DNA of 64,000 bases from Harriotta raleighana (taxonomy: Eukaryota), in assembly GCA_050575255.1 (NCBI GenBank), contig JBNZDD010013732.1:8586990-8650989 (forward strand), read 5' to 3'. The translations under genes were made by a program, and so were the position numbers. Positions 1 through 13,022 of the stretch are shown piece after piece; the first letter of the stretch is position 1, and every line of letters begins with the position of its first letter. The notes below the pieces were generated by a model. That model did no database searches and was not told where the DNA came from. It saw nothing but the letters and a program-made list of their open reading frames with translations.

Positions 1-992
1 GGTCGGGAGTGAAAGTAAGTTATACATAACTGTGAGAAATCTTTTTTTAACCCACACTTTACAAATTGTATGGTCAACCACACTATTAAAGCCTGACATT
101 GAGGCTTCGTGGTTTTGACCACAGAGTAGTTTTCTGTGAATGTAATTTTTGAAATAACTATAGTATGAGCCTGCATATAACATTTTTGATAGCCTCAAAG
201 TAACATGATCTTATTTAGCATGTTTCTTTGTAATTTTCTTTCAGTCTTTTTTGGTACATGAGGCCCCAGCAAAAACGTTTGAGAAAAATTACAAGGAACA
301 AGTAATGGTATAATTTACAATACAATTAATATAACACATTTCATGTCAGAGAGGTGTTTCAAAGGGCTGAAAGGCTACAAGCCGACACATCATCCAGCCT
401 CAACTCTTTCTCCCCCATCTTTTGCAAAGGTTTATTCTGCATAATGTATCAAGGGCAGTCTCATCCATCTGGGTCTTTACCTGTGACAACTGGAAATGTG
501 ACTGAATTTAATTATCGGTTGAGAGTAGAATCACCATCAACCTCAATCCTCCCCATACTGGTCATTCGTACATTGGCACTATTATAGCAGAAACTGGGAT
601 TGCAATCTGGAGCCGAACACAACGGGATTTTTCACTCCCTGATTCTGCCAAGCGGAAGCTAATTCAAGGGGTTATATAATCGAATCTCAGATTAACACTC
701 AAACACTACTGTGGGTCTGACATCACTCTACTGTAGGAATTGATGTCACTATGTTGTAGTTGTTGACATCACAGTGCTGTGTGTGCTGGATATTATTCTG
801 CTTTCTACCCTGATATTACTGTGATGATATCCTAATACAGTATTACTGTATTGCAGATGTCATTACAATAGGTGCTGGCATTTCTGTGCTCAGAGTCTGC
901 AGTTTGAATGCCTAATAGTTGTGAAATACCATTATATAGAGTGTCCACAAAATCCTCTTACTCCCCCTGTTACAAACACAAAGCAGTGATAC

Positions 993-1845
993 AGCAACAA
1001 AATTACATCTGTATATTGCCTTTCACATCAGGAGGATGACCCAAGGCGCTGGATGGTTATTGATTCAGACTGAGTTGAGGACCGGGGGCATGGTGGGGTG
1101 GGAGTAGTCCATCGATGGGTCCATCGAAGAGGAGTCTTGAGGCGAGACTTGAAGGAGGAGAGGGAGGGGGCAAGGCAGAGGGACTTCGGGATGGAGTTTC
1201 AGAGGTTGGGGGCAGAGTGGCTGAAGGCTTGCCCGCCATTGGTTGGGTGGGTGGGTGGGTCAGGGGACGTGGAGCAGGCCAGAGCCTGCTGAACGGAGGG
1301 GCGGGCTGGTTGGTAAGGGAATAGGAGGTCACGGATGTACGGTAGGGTGAGGTTGTGGAGGGCTTTAAAAGTGAGGACCAGGATCCTGAATTGGATTCTT
1401 TGGATGATGGGGGGGCCAATGGAGTTGGGCAAGGATGGGGGAGATGGGATCACGGAGTTTGGAACGGTAGAGGAAAGGAGGCGCAGAATTGTGGATTATC
1501 TGCAGCCCATGGCGGGAGGAATTGTGAAGGCCGACCAGCAAGACATTTGCATAATCGAGCCTGGATGTAATGAAGGTGTGGGTGAGGGTTTCAGTGGCTT
1601 TAGGGGTGAGGTAATGATGGAGGCGGGAAATGTTGCGCTGGTGGGAAAAGACAGAGCGAGTCATTGGTTAGATGTGAGGGAGGAAAGACAGTTGAGGGTC
1701 AAACAGGATACCTAGGTTCCTGACTGGCTTGGTGAGATTGAGTATACAAACATTGAGGTTGATGCAAGAAGGCGCTGACGAGAGCCAATCAGTAGGGCCT
1801 TGGTCTTGTTAACATTCAACTGTAGAAAGATACGAGACTGCAGAG
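993..1845 (-). mobile_element. LINE2-family 3' fragment (RT C-terminus and 3' tail)
   Basis: Frameshifted translation LTHTFITSRLDYAN...PILAQLHW...IQFRILVLTFKALH...GGQAFSHSAPNL, then a GTGAAAGGC..TA.A.ATGTAATTTTGTTG tail. Confidence 0.88.
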
Positions 1846-2629
1846 GAGCTGAAACAAGCGGTCAGAAATGAATTTCTCCTCGTCCGTCATGTTATGGAAG
1901 ATGTCAAACCGAACGTGGAGATTATTATGTGCATTGAAAATGTTGGCACATTTTCCTCTCACACTAATCCTCTGGACTTTTAAATGCAATTAACCATTAC
2001 AGGTTTTAGATAGGGTTAATAAGCTAAAAGGGTTATTAAGCCTAATGTGATTCTTTTCTGTAATGTGCATTTATTTTAACTCATCTTTGAAAATAAGATA
2101 CGAACAGAGCAAAATCTTGATTTTACTGAGTACAATCTTTAACTGACATAAAAAGGGCAGAATATGGACGGTAGGAATGATGATTGAACTATTCAGCAAA
2201 GCTTCACATTTATTCTTCTTTCAAAAGCCTCAAGAATGCATTAAAAGAAGATTGTTGGCATGTGTGCAGAATGATCACCATCTAGTGGATGATTGCTCCA
2301 TAACCCATCTTTTTGAAAATCAAATGTTTTTACTGTGTCGCAAAACTGCTGGAAATAAAGCACATGTCTTTTCTTATTGGTTATTTCAAGCTGCGACATG
2401 TTGAGACCTCTAAAGTTTGCTTTGTGAATGCAAGCTTATTCAGCAAGCTCTGCCTCACAACAATCCATTATGATACTTGTTTGTAAATTCAAGGTCATTG
2501 TGTCGGTGACAGAAAATGGAACCATAAAAATATTTTTCTCCAAACAACAAGGGAGTAATTATAATTTCTTAGTAAATTCTTTAGTGGGCAGATTGTTAAT
2601 TCATTTATCATTGACACATTTTAATTAAA

Positions 2630-2952
2630 CTGACCTGCTGAAACCCTGTCAACCTGTCCACGTTCTTCCATTCAGCAGGCTCCGGCCTGCTTCATGTCTG
2701 CCGCTCGACATGCCCTACCTTTGGCAGCTGGATTTCTGACCCCATTTTTTAGAACTCCATCCCACTATCCTTTTGCCTTGCTCTCTTCCTTGCCTCCTTT
2801 AAGGCCTGACTCAAGACCCTCCTTTCGACCATGCCTTTAGCCTCCCTACTACCTCAGCCTCCCCCACATGCTCGGTTCCTCTGACCCCCAACTATTCAGC
2901 ATCTTGGGATATCCTGCCAAACTGAAAGGCTCTCTACAGATACAATTTTGTT
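2630..2952 (+). mobile_element. LINE2 3' fragment
   Basis: TTTAAGGCCTGACTCAAGACCCTCCTTT and a TGAAAGGC...AATTTTGTT tail similar to the 993-1845 copy. Confidence 0.75.
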
Positions 2953-2961
2953 AGTTTTGTA

Positions 2962-3378
2962 TTTATCCTGTATTTATTATGCTTCTTTAGCATTAGGATT
3001 GTCGACATTTCAAATACATTGTTTTTGCTGCCTAGAAGTGAACATTTGATTTTGCTTAAGATTGTTGAGTTAAACATTACAAATGCAAATTATTACAATT
3101 TCTACAGATAGGAAAACAATCCAAGGTGGTTCACAGTTAGAATCATCATTTCATGTTAGTGTAAAGATAACCAGTGTTATCCTATAATTATTATGCTCTT
3201 TTACCGGGATAACGGTTATCTACTTCCAAATACTGTACATTGTTTGTGTTTCCTAGGGATGAACATTTGACCAGGTTCATGCATGTTGAGTTAAACGTTA
3301 TAAATGCATATGATTTCAATTTCCACAAATAGGAAAACAATAGCAGGTTCACATCTGGAAGCAGCATTTTATGTAGGC
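2962..3378. repeat. Diverged tandem duplication, 2 x ~215 bp
   Basis: Blocks TTATCCT.TA.TTATTATGCT, TGAACATTTGA, TGTTGAGTTAAAC and ATAGGAAAACAAT occur in the same order in both units. Confidence 0.8.
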
Positions 3379-5699
3379 AACAAATTGAATTATTTGTAGA
3401 TTGGAATCTAATATAGTATTAATAATCTGATATATTAGTACTTTGAGCAAGGAATTGAGATGCTATCTTTCATAGTATGTCTTTTATAAAGCTATTGATA
3501 CCCAGGAGTGAGTTTAAGATGTAATCTTAATTGAGTGGTTCAGATTGTTTCTTATATAATATATGTATAATATATATTATATATGGATACAATATTATAT
3601 ATATCCATTAGTGTGTGGATACACTAATTGAAGTGTGAGATACTCTAAACTAGGAGCAAAGCTCAAGCAATTTATAACAGGCATCCAAACACTGATTATA
3701 ATTTTCTGATAATATAGGAATATTACTCCTTCAAATTATTTGGGATCAAAATGACGTCAGAGACATGAACTGCACAATTCTGGAGTCTGTGTCTAAATGC
3801 CCTGGGAACAGTCTGCATATTTAAATATGCATGTTTGAGGGCACATTATCATAGAACAGCCCAGATGTTCAATGGCTTTCAAGTATAGTAGTGACTGCTT
3901 TAAGCAATGCTATCATTAATAATGTATACAGATAATCTAACAGATCATTGAACATCACGTACAACAAAGAGTCTGTTTGTCATTCTGCACACTTAATCCC
4001 TTGTTCTACTCAAGCCTGATAAATGATTGAAGACAGATCGTATCAATTTGAAATGCAAGCTTCACCTTATCTCAAACACATATGTGCTTCCCAAAGTGCA
4101 TAGAAAACTCTGAAACTTTTTTGAAAACATAATTGAAATTTTGCGAATGCGCAATGGAATTAACATGCTGTTCAATTAAAGATATAGTAATATTGTGCAA
4201 ATGGATCTGGTGATATAAAAATTGGAACCATAGGGGTTTCCATTATGTGACCTGCAAATTAACTGTGAAAAGTAATCATTGTACAGGGTTTCTCTGTACT
4301 ACAGAGTCTCTGAGCCAAAGCATTCAAAACTTTGATCTTTACTGGGGGAGCAGGCAATATAATCTAATGTGGGGCAGGCAGAAAATCATACTCTGATCAG
4401 TACAATATAAGGAGAAACAGGGAAATGAGGGAAGTGATACCAGAGAGAAAGAGAGGGGTAAGGGTTTGTCCAAAGAGCCATGCAGGCCCTTCTCAAGTGA
4501 TTAACCAACTTTAATCTGATTGCTGGTGTTGAACGAGCCATGTGCAAGGAAATGCCCCACAACTTCACAGTAATAATTCTTGCAGAGTTAATAAACCAGT
4601 AGAGAGAAGAGTTAGTACTGTTGGCATTGTATGACCAGAAAGCATTGTACATAGCATATAGTCGATGAAGAATAATCCTAAACAGTTATTTTGGAACCTC
4701 TAGTTTGCAGTCAACAGGCTAAATTCACTCTCAAAACTATTTATAGTCTGAATTTCTTGGAACAGCAGATCAAAGTTTATAACCAAAGTCTATGTATCCC
4801 ATTACAGCCCATCCAACAAGTATCCAGAGTTTTTCATGTAGACCTTCGTTCTTTGACCAAACCATTCACGTTCAAGTCTGCCTTGTGTGTTTTGCTTAAA
4901 TTCAACTAATAGAATGTAAGGGTTTCATTGTTTTTTCACTCATTTAATACTAAGCATTTGAGAACGTAAAGACTCTCTTTCTACAAAATTAAATCATTTA
5001 TAACTTTGATTGTATCCCAAAGTTATTTGAAAGTGGATGATGAGGAATCTGTTACATTAGTTAATTGAAGTGCCATAGCAGATTATTTCCTTCAGTGGTG
5101 TCTTTTTTGAAAGATGCTGACATATTAAAATAGATCAAAAAGAAATGAACAATGTTTTTGATCCATCAATACAAGATTTGGAACTTGAGGCATGTATATA
5201 ATATTGTATGTCTTGTTTTTCAGGTCTCACCACCAGAAGATACATTGGGTTCATATTCTACTCACCTGAAAGTGAACACTACATCTTTTGGATTTGCTTC
5301 CACAAAGATTTGTGACTTTCAGCAAGAATGCGGCAAGAACCGTGGCTTCCTAGACAATGAACCATCTTCAGTGACATTTACAATTTCTTTCTGAAATAAT
5401 CTCAATCAAGGCATTTCCTAACGTGGAGCTAACTGCAAGAGTCATACACAATACGTCCTGAAATTATACCAGCTCAGATCTTTCCACAACATTGAACCAT
5501 CACCTTGTCGGATCCTGTTTTAAAGAGCCCCCCCATCTATTCATGTTTCTTGCTTAGCATGAGCCATCTTCAGTTGCCTTTGCCTCATCCCTTTCTGTAA
5601 ACATCTCAATCAAGGAATGTGCCAAAGATGAACACTTCTTTGTCTGCTCCAGGTGATTGTCTTATATCTGCAGTTTTCAAGATGAAGGTTGGGCTGAGT

Positions 5700-5908
5700 T
5701 AATAATAATAATAATCCTTGACATTTGACATAGCGCCTTATGAAGTTGTTGAGACATCTCAACATACTTTACAGGATGTACTTTAAAGTGCATTGACTGT
5801 ATATTTTGTGGGCAACATTCGGCAGCCATTTGCGCACAGCAGTGTCCCACAAACAGTCGTGGATTGAGTGACCAAATTATTATAATTTTTTTTTAATGGG
5901 ATTATTAT
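5700..5908 (-). mobile_element. Deu-domain SINE, 5'-truncated
   Basis: GCTGTGCGCAAATGGCTGCC core and (TTA)n tail. Confidence 0.8.
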
Positions 5909-8863
5909 CTCTGGAAAGCAATCTGTCGATTGATTTATAACAAAGGTTCCTACTTACTGCTAGGTAAACAGGAGTGTGGAATAAGATAACCTGCCTAAGA
6001 TTTTGCCCTACTCGGGAATGGTAACTGAATCCTTTAACCAATATTCCCCAGGATTTCAACAATCGTAGAAAAATTTGTCTGAATCAAAAGTAGTGCACCC
6101 ACCCCTATTCAATTATAAAATTCTAAAAATTGTAGATGACATTTTAAAACATGGCTGAGGCTGGAGCAGAGCATCAATCTGCCATTATTATTGTCATAAC
6201 TTTATTTCTCCATTGCTTGTAATTCAAATTGTCTTTGGTGCTCACTCATCTCTAATCTGGAATTTGCAAAAAAAAAGTCATTTTACACATTGTATTTCAG
6301 TGAAATCTTTTGCAATTTGTTCAAATATAGTTTATGGTTTGAGTAAAGTGCAATCTGGAATGTGTTACAATACTTTAGAACATCAAGCTTTTGAGATAAT
6401 GATGTTTTCAATGCTACTTTAACCCCACCTTGGAACAGAATCCAGACATTGTTATTCTTTATAATGGATACAAATGTAATTTCTTTTCATTTTCCATGAT
6501 TGAATAACCTTTTAGTGGAAGCATGTTATGGGATTGGGAATGGGCAGACTCCCATGTGTGTACTATGTGACTTGACATGCCTTGATTTATTTATTTAACT
6601 AAATAAAACAGGGAACATAGTATTTATTATATAACAGATAACAGATGGCAAGGGATGGATTATCAAGCAGCATACAGTCCCTTGTTCGTGTTCTCGAGGC
6701 TGGTATATGGAGGGTCTGGCTCCTGGCAAGCAGCTCCAGTCAGTCACTCAAACTAGCTTTATACCAGAACCACAGCTGGAATTGTTTTCACCTTTCCAAT
6801 GCCTTCCTGACCATCTGTTATTTTATATGATATGAGGGTTTAACATTAATGCTGGTCTAATGGACAGAGACTAGCAGATTTCTCAGTAGACCACAACTAA
6901 ACAGTCTGAAAGCTGGTATTGTGGCATCCTGAGAGCAGACTGGCTTTGTGGCATCTGCATAATTGTGACTGGCCCAGGCTGACATACAGGCAGATTCTGG
7001 TAGTCTGGGCAGAGCGAGTCAGGTAAGGTACTGTTTTCAGTGTGGCTTTATGATTTTGTGAGATTTGGGGATTATAATTGAGTAAGAAATTTTTAATATA
7101 TTTGTTAACTCATTTGGGTGAGATGGGTGGTGAACAGCATTGCAAGAGAAAGTCAATGGGTTGACTAGCACCCATTTAAATTGATGGTGCACATTGCGGT
7201 ATTGATTTATTCACACTTGTGCTGTAATTTAACGCACATTTGGCAGCATGATAGGTATTTCATTCATTACTCTCCAGTGTTGTTTTAAAGTATGTTTGTT
7301 TTCTGAAGTGCTTGTGCTAGAAAAAGGTTTTGTACATTCTACGTGAGGAAGAACTTGCAGGACAAGTGGTGCAAATGCTCAAGAGAAACAGGTGCATCCT
7401 TTCAAAAACAGGATAGACTTTTTCAAAAAAAAATATTTTCACTCTATTTCCTCCTTGGTTAAGATGCTTGCAGTTTGCACCCTGTATCTGGGTCAGCAAC
7501 CTCTTAAACCAACCTCTGTTAGTGCTCTGTGATTGTAGAAGCAAGTGATGACTGGACAGTGATCTCCAAAAAAAACTTTATCTTGTTCCTGAACAAATGG
7601 TCCTGATATATTTTTCCCTTTCTTACCAAGTGAAAATAACTGCTCTGGGTAATCAAGATCAGGATCCGACTATCCAGTGAATCACAGAGTAAACCTTGGC
7701 AAGTGCTGTGTGGTTCAGCATGTTTGTACATCAGAGCACTGGCTGCTCCTGCATTAAAAGACAAAGGGTGGGTAGCCTGGTTAATTAAACAGATGCTACA
7801 TTTGAATTAGAAATGCTCACTTTCCATCTGTTGTGGTGTTCATTAATAGTAAGTGCCTTTGTCATTTCTCAAGAGATTTTTCGTGTTGCATTTATTTTTC
7901 AGAATAATTTTAACTCTTGGTGCTGTGGAACTTGTACTGATTTTTACAGCAATGGATTTTCCCCAGTTAAATAACTGCATGTGTCATATTGTTTTATACA
8001 TGCACCTGAGCAAATGCAGCCTCTTTTTGTGGTGCTCACCCATCTCTGACAGAACTAGATAGCCTTGTTTATTTTACCACTTGCAGATATTGGTGAAATA
8101 AATGGAGTATTCATGGGTCAATTTAAAATAGCAAGGTATATATCCATAGTACTATATGCAGTACTTACATTTGATTAAGGCAATGAATGCTGTGGTAGAA
8201 CTTTGTGGAGCTGTCCCTTCTTGTTTTTTGAGATGACGTGTGGTAATTTATCATTTAAAACTTGCTACATGATAGAATGCTTTAAAGTATGTTTCAACAG
8301 TCACAGAAAGTGGGGGTAACGGAAGATAATTTGGTACACAAAATGTGGCTTTTAAATCATGCTGGTGGGGAAAAAACAAGATTGATTTTTTTTAATTGAG
8401 AAAGGAAATGTATCACAGGTTCAATGTTGTGGTTTATGATTTCAATGTCATTCACGCCCTTTGATCATATCAAAGGCTTGTACAAAGCAGTTACCAGGCA
8501 GCTTTCATTGTTTCATAAATTGTAGAACAAAATATGCTTGTTCACAACCACCCCAAAATATGCTTTAACTATCATCAAATAATCTGATAGAATAATTTGT
8601 GTTGGCAGTAATCTGTTTCTAATGTACAGTATACGGTGATGCATCCTCTTGTTACTTTTCTGGAACACAAATAATTCCATTACTAACATTTCGTGCTGAT
8701 GCCACAGCTGCTGTTGGTATTCAGCTAATAGGGAAAGTTTGGCATTTTTCTACTCTCAATTCTTTGGTTTCTTTTCTTCATTTTTTGCAGGTACCATCTA
8801 CACACCATAGGCCTGAGGAACTAAAATTTCCTTCCAGTTTCTGCTGCAGAATATGTGTCCTTT

Positions 8864-8941
8864 GGGATGAGGTAGTAGGTTGTATAGTTTTAGGGTTACA
8901 CCCTTCCGGTCAGATAACTATACAATCTACTGTCTTTCCTG
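8864..8941 (+). ncRNA. let-7a: let-7a precursor hairpin (let-7a-3-like by cluster context); 5p mature 8868-8889, 3p arm ~8918-8939
   Basis: Exact let-7a mature TGAGGTAGTAGGTTGTATAGTT at 8868-8889, a loop, then the complementary arm CTATACAATCTACTGTCTTTCC. Followed ~1.1 kb downstream by a let-7b-type hairpin. Confidence 0.96.
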
Positions 8942-9979
8942 AGGTGGCTATCAGAACATCGCTGGACAGGCAAAGGTTCAAAACCACATGGATTCCACAT
9001 TATTTTCAGCTATCCAGATATATATTTGAAATGAAAAAGAATAAAATGTATTTTGGCAATATTTATGGTGATGTCGGAGGTGGGCCAGAGAGCTATCATT
9101 GTATTCAGTGAAGCTTTCAGTAAATAGTCCACTCGGTTTCATTCACTTGTAAGATGTGGAAAGATGGTGAACGTTTTCATTGAATGGCACAATTACATAT
9201 TGTATGAATGGCAAAGTTACCTGAGTTCATTCCTTTCTACCCTAGAAGAATATTTATTTTAATATAATTATATCCCAATGTGAAAGGTGCTCTACAAAAG
9301 TAATTTTATTGTTGTTGTAATTACAAATATACCATCATACTGTATGATCCTATTGCAAAATAAATTATTACTTCAGTGTGCACTTCCAAAGTAGAAATTT
9401 TGACCCTGACCATGCCAAGTCATACAGTTGGACATCAAGTCACTTTCTCTAGGGCGTTTTCTAACAGTAACCAGCTCCTCTCCCTATATAGTCTATAATA
9501 GGGACGTCCTCCCGATGTGAAAGGTGCTCTATAAATGTAATTTTGTTGTTATTGTACAATAGATTTATGTTATTTAAATCTGATGGGAGGTCACTGCCAA
9601 TGAAGGCATCACAATCAATTTTCCTGCATTTTGTAAACAAAAGATTTTTTTAGATCTTCTACCTGTCCCTTCACATCTCAGATTTAGCTTCCCATTGAGA
9701 TGGAACATTCACTCAAACCATAAATTGGACACTTGCTAGTTAGGGAGATTATATAATGTAATCGCACCAATCATAATGTAAATCCAGTTACAGCATGTGT
9801 AATACAGTCTGATGGATAAGACTTCAAGAACCTTCAGGAAAGTTTCTGAAACAAATCCTGTGTTACAGATGTCTTTGCAATGATTTTCAGATTACTGTAA
9901 ACTCTACAGGTTTCTCTGCACCAAATTTGGCTTCAAGCATCCATCCATATTCGACTGTGATTATTTCTCAATGTTCTGC

Positions 9980-10064
9980 CAGAGTGAGGTAGTAGGTTGT
10001 GTAGTTTCAGGGTAGTGATTTTTGCCCGATCAGGAGTTAACTATACAACCTACTGCCTTCCCTG
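9980..10064 (+). ncRNA. let-7b: let-7b-type precursor hairpin; 5p mature 9985-10006, 3p arm 10041-10062
   Basis: 5p arm TGAGGTAGTAGGTTGTGTAGTT is one base from canonical let-7b. Loop TCAGGGTAGTGAT...GCCC is let-7b-like and the 3p arm CTATACAACCTACTGCCTTCCC matches let-7b-3p. Confidence 0.93.
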
Positions 10065-10828
10065 AAGAGCAAGATGACATCTAGCAACTTGATTCTAAAG
10101 CAAAGAACTTCACTGAGAACAATCTATGATCAACAAGAGAGAAAAAAAGAAACAGATTCTAGTATGTCCTGACCAGTGGTAAGTTTTTAAGAAATACTAC
10201 TGGGATTTCATGAAGGAAATTGCCTAATAAAGCAAGGAACTTCACTGGGAACCTAATACAGTAGATGGATCCAGCATCTTTGTCACTGAATATTTTACAT
10301 GTACACATTTTGAATTCCTTGAGATTGTATAGTAATGCTTCACATGCACTTATTTATAATAATTGTAAGAGATTAATGGAATGTTATATGTGAACAAGAA
10401 CAAATCTAATTTGAGCAGCATTTGGCTGATCAATAAATGCTTTGTGGCCGACCAAGTTTCACAGCCATTTGTTGACCATTTTAGCTTTAGAAACTGAGTG
10501 CTCTGGAGTCTGTTTGCAAATATCGATAGAACTACCCTCATGCTGATGAAGTCAGTGGATGTCAAGGGCGATTTCATGTTCAATGGCTGAAGTAATGTTT
10601 CACCTAAGTTAGGAAAAGCTCTAGATTTTTAAATATGTGACAAGTAAGATTAAAAACAGAAAAAAAAGTGTCTGTTTTACAGCAGAATTAAGAATCTGTT
10701 ACCAGTACACCAATATAAGATAGCAAATAGGAATTGTAAAACAGAATTTAGGAGAAACTACTTCTTGCAGACGTCAGTGAGATTGTGAAAAGTGCTGCCT
10801 AAAGCGGTATTTGAATCAGATAGTAGAT

Positions 10829-11120
10829 AATAATCCTTACATTTGATATAGCGCTTTTTACATCTTCTAGATGCCTCAAAGCACTTCACAGAATATACTA
10901 TAAAGTGACTTGACTGTATATTTGTGAACAAAATGCAGCAGCCAATTGCACACAGCAGAGTCCCACAAACAATTGAATTGACTAATTTATTGTTTTTTTG
11001 AGGGATTATTATTAGGCGTGTGGAGTAAGAAAGCTTGCCCAAGGTTTCACCCTGCTTGGAATCGAACCCAAGTCTCTCACTTTTAAGGTGAGTGCAGGCT
11101 ATTGAGCTACAGGACTCCAG
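10829..11120 (-). mobile_element. Deu-domain tRNA-SINE, near full length
   Basis: Minus strand has a GGGTTCGATTCC B box, a GCTGTGTGCAATTGGCTGC core and an AAAGCGCTATATCAAATGTAAGGATTATTA tail. Confidence 0.8.
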
Positions 11121-11139
11121 CCACAGGGTATTCAGGTAA

Positions 11140-11310
11140 AAGACTCCATGAGGACGAGATGCATTCAAGGGGAAGCTAGACATTCACATGAAGGAGAGAA
11201 GAATAGAGGGGTGTGGGAGGGAATAAGGAATGGGTGAAGGCTTGTGTAAAGTGGTAAACACTAGGATGGACTGGTTGGGCCGAGGGGCTTGTTTCTATAT
11301 TCTTTGTAAT
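11140..11310 (+). mobile_element. CR1-like 3' end
   Basis: ATTCAAGGGGAAGCTAGA...GGACTGGTTGGGCCGAGGGGCTTGTTTCT. Confidence 0.6.
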
Positions 11311-12459
11311 CTTAATGATAGCCACTTCTTTCTCTGCAGAGCTTCACATTGATATTTAGGTGAGGATATTTTTATTGTGTCTCAATACATTGGGGAAATT
11401 CACAATATGGGACTGCAAAGTAACACTTGTAATTGAGAGTTCTATTTTTTTTGATATTTTTGAAATGTAGCTATAGAATTTTCAGCCAATGGACATATTT
11501 CTTTATAAGTAGTTTTATTAAAAATTAATAGTCTTGCACAGCTACACTTCAGTATAATGCAGTAATCTACTTGACAAAGTAAAATATGACAAGTGCAGTC
11601 CACAAATTCCTGCCTAAAGCCAAACTGTCCATGAATAGCGGAGGTTTTATTGATAGACCTGTATTCTTGAGCTTTACCTTCAGAGATGAGGAAAATGTTA
11701 TTTACCCCTTAATTTTTGAAGGTATGCCTGAGATACCAAAAGCCAATGCTTTTGTAACCATTAACCATTCTAAATGTATATACTCAGACTGTGAGCGTTA
11801 AGAAACGCTATCACCAGAGTACAGAAGGTCTTTTCTGTGCTCCCAAACATCATGGCCACTTTCTAGATGTGATGTCATCTATGAACACAAAATGGGATAG
11901 AGAAAGTAAATCAAGAAAAAGTATCTAATATTTTTGAACAATTTGCTTTAAACTGTTTCTGTCAAATACAAAGAATGGAAATCTAAGCAGGATTGTGGTC
12001 ATGTATGCTGTACGTTTAGCAGTTTATCCCTAGTGTTGAGAATGTTGTGATGTACTGTATTAGGTGATGATTGCTATAAATATTAAAACAAGTCAAAAAT
12101 CTGATCATCACAAACAATAAATGAGATGTCAAACAGATTTCTGTATTATGATTGTTTCCTCCAAGTACAGATTTTGCATTATACAATAAATGTTTGAAGA
12201 TTTTGCATTTGTGTTTATTTATTCATAAAATATTAAAGGTTCAGATCTATTTTGGCTTGACACATAAATGTATAGGGAGTTTCATTTTTTTTGATTCTGG
12301 ATGTAAGGAGGAGATGTTATGTGTTTTTTTTTGCTCAGGGTGTAAGGGGAGGTTTCAAGTTTTTTTTCACTTGTGTGTATGAGGTGTTATGCAGTTTTTT
12401 TAACTTGGGATGTGGGACGGGTGTTTTTCTTTTGGCTAGGGGTGTAAAATGTTAGCGAT

Positions 12460-13022
12460 CTTCAGGCTCTATCCCTGGTCCTCTCTTCAATTTGCACATG
12501 CACCCTCTTGGTGAGCTCATGGGGTCAAATTCCACATGCGTGGAGATGACACCCAACTCTATCTCTCTGCCTCTACCCTTGACTCCAGAACCACTGCTGT
12601 ACCGACAGAATGTCTGTCAGACATCAAGTCTTGGATGAGAGCTAGAACCAGACCAAGGTCCTCCTGATTAGCTCCTGTCAGCATCTCCGCACCTCAAGCA
12701 CTGTCAGCTTCACCATCCATGGATGCACACTCCATTTTACTAAGCCAATCCAGAACCTTGGCGTCTTGTTTGATCCTCAACTGTACTTTTTATCCCACAA
12801 CCATGCCATGACCCGTGCTGCCTATCCCCACCTCCACAATATCACTTGACTCTGCCACTGCCTCTTTCTTCAGATCACACATGCACCTCATCCATGGATT
12901 TTTTTTACATTTAGGCTTGACTATGCCAACAGCTTGTTGGCCTTCCCAACTCTTCCCTCTACAAGCTGCAGATCATCCAGAATGCTGCAGTTTAAGTCCT
13001 CTCCTACACAAGGCTCTGTGAT
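12460..13022 (+). mobile_element. Degenerate LINE2 RT fragment
   Basis: Remnants of GPLLF, GDDTQLYLS, DIKSWM, NLGVLFD and RLDYAN. Confidence 0.8.

Noticed and set aside
8764-9111. 115-aa ORF over let-7a
   Set aside because: Non-ATG start, no recognisable homology, and it overlaps the miRNA hairpin.
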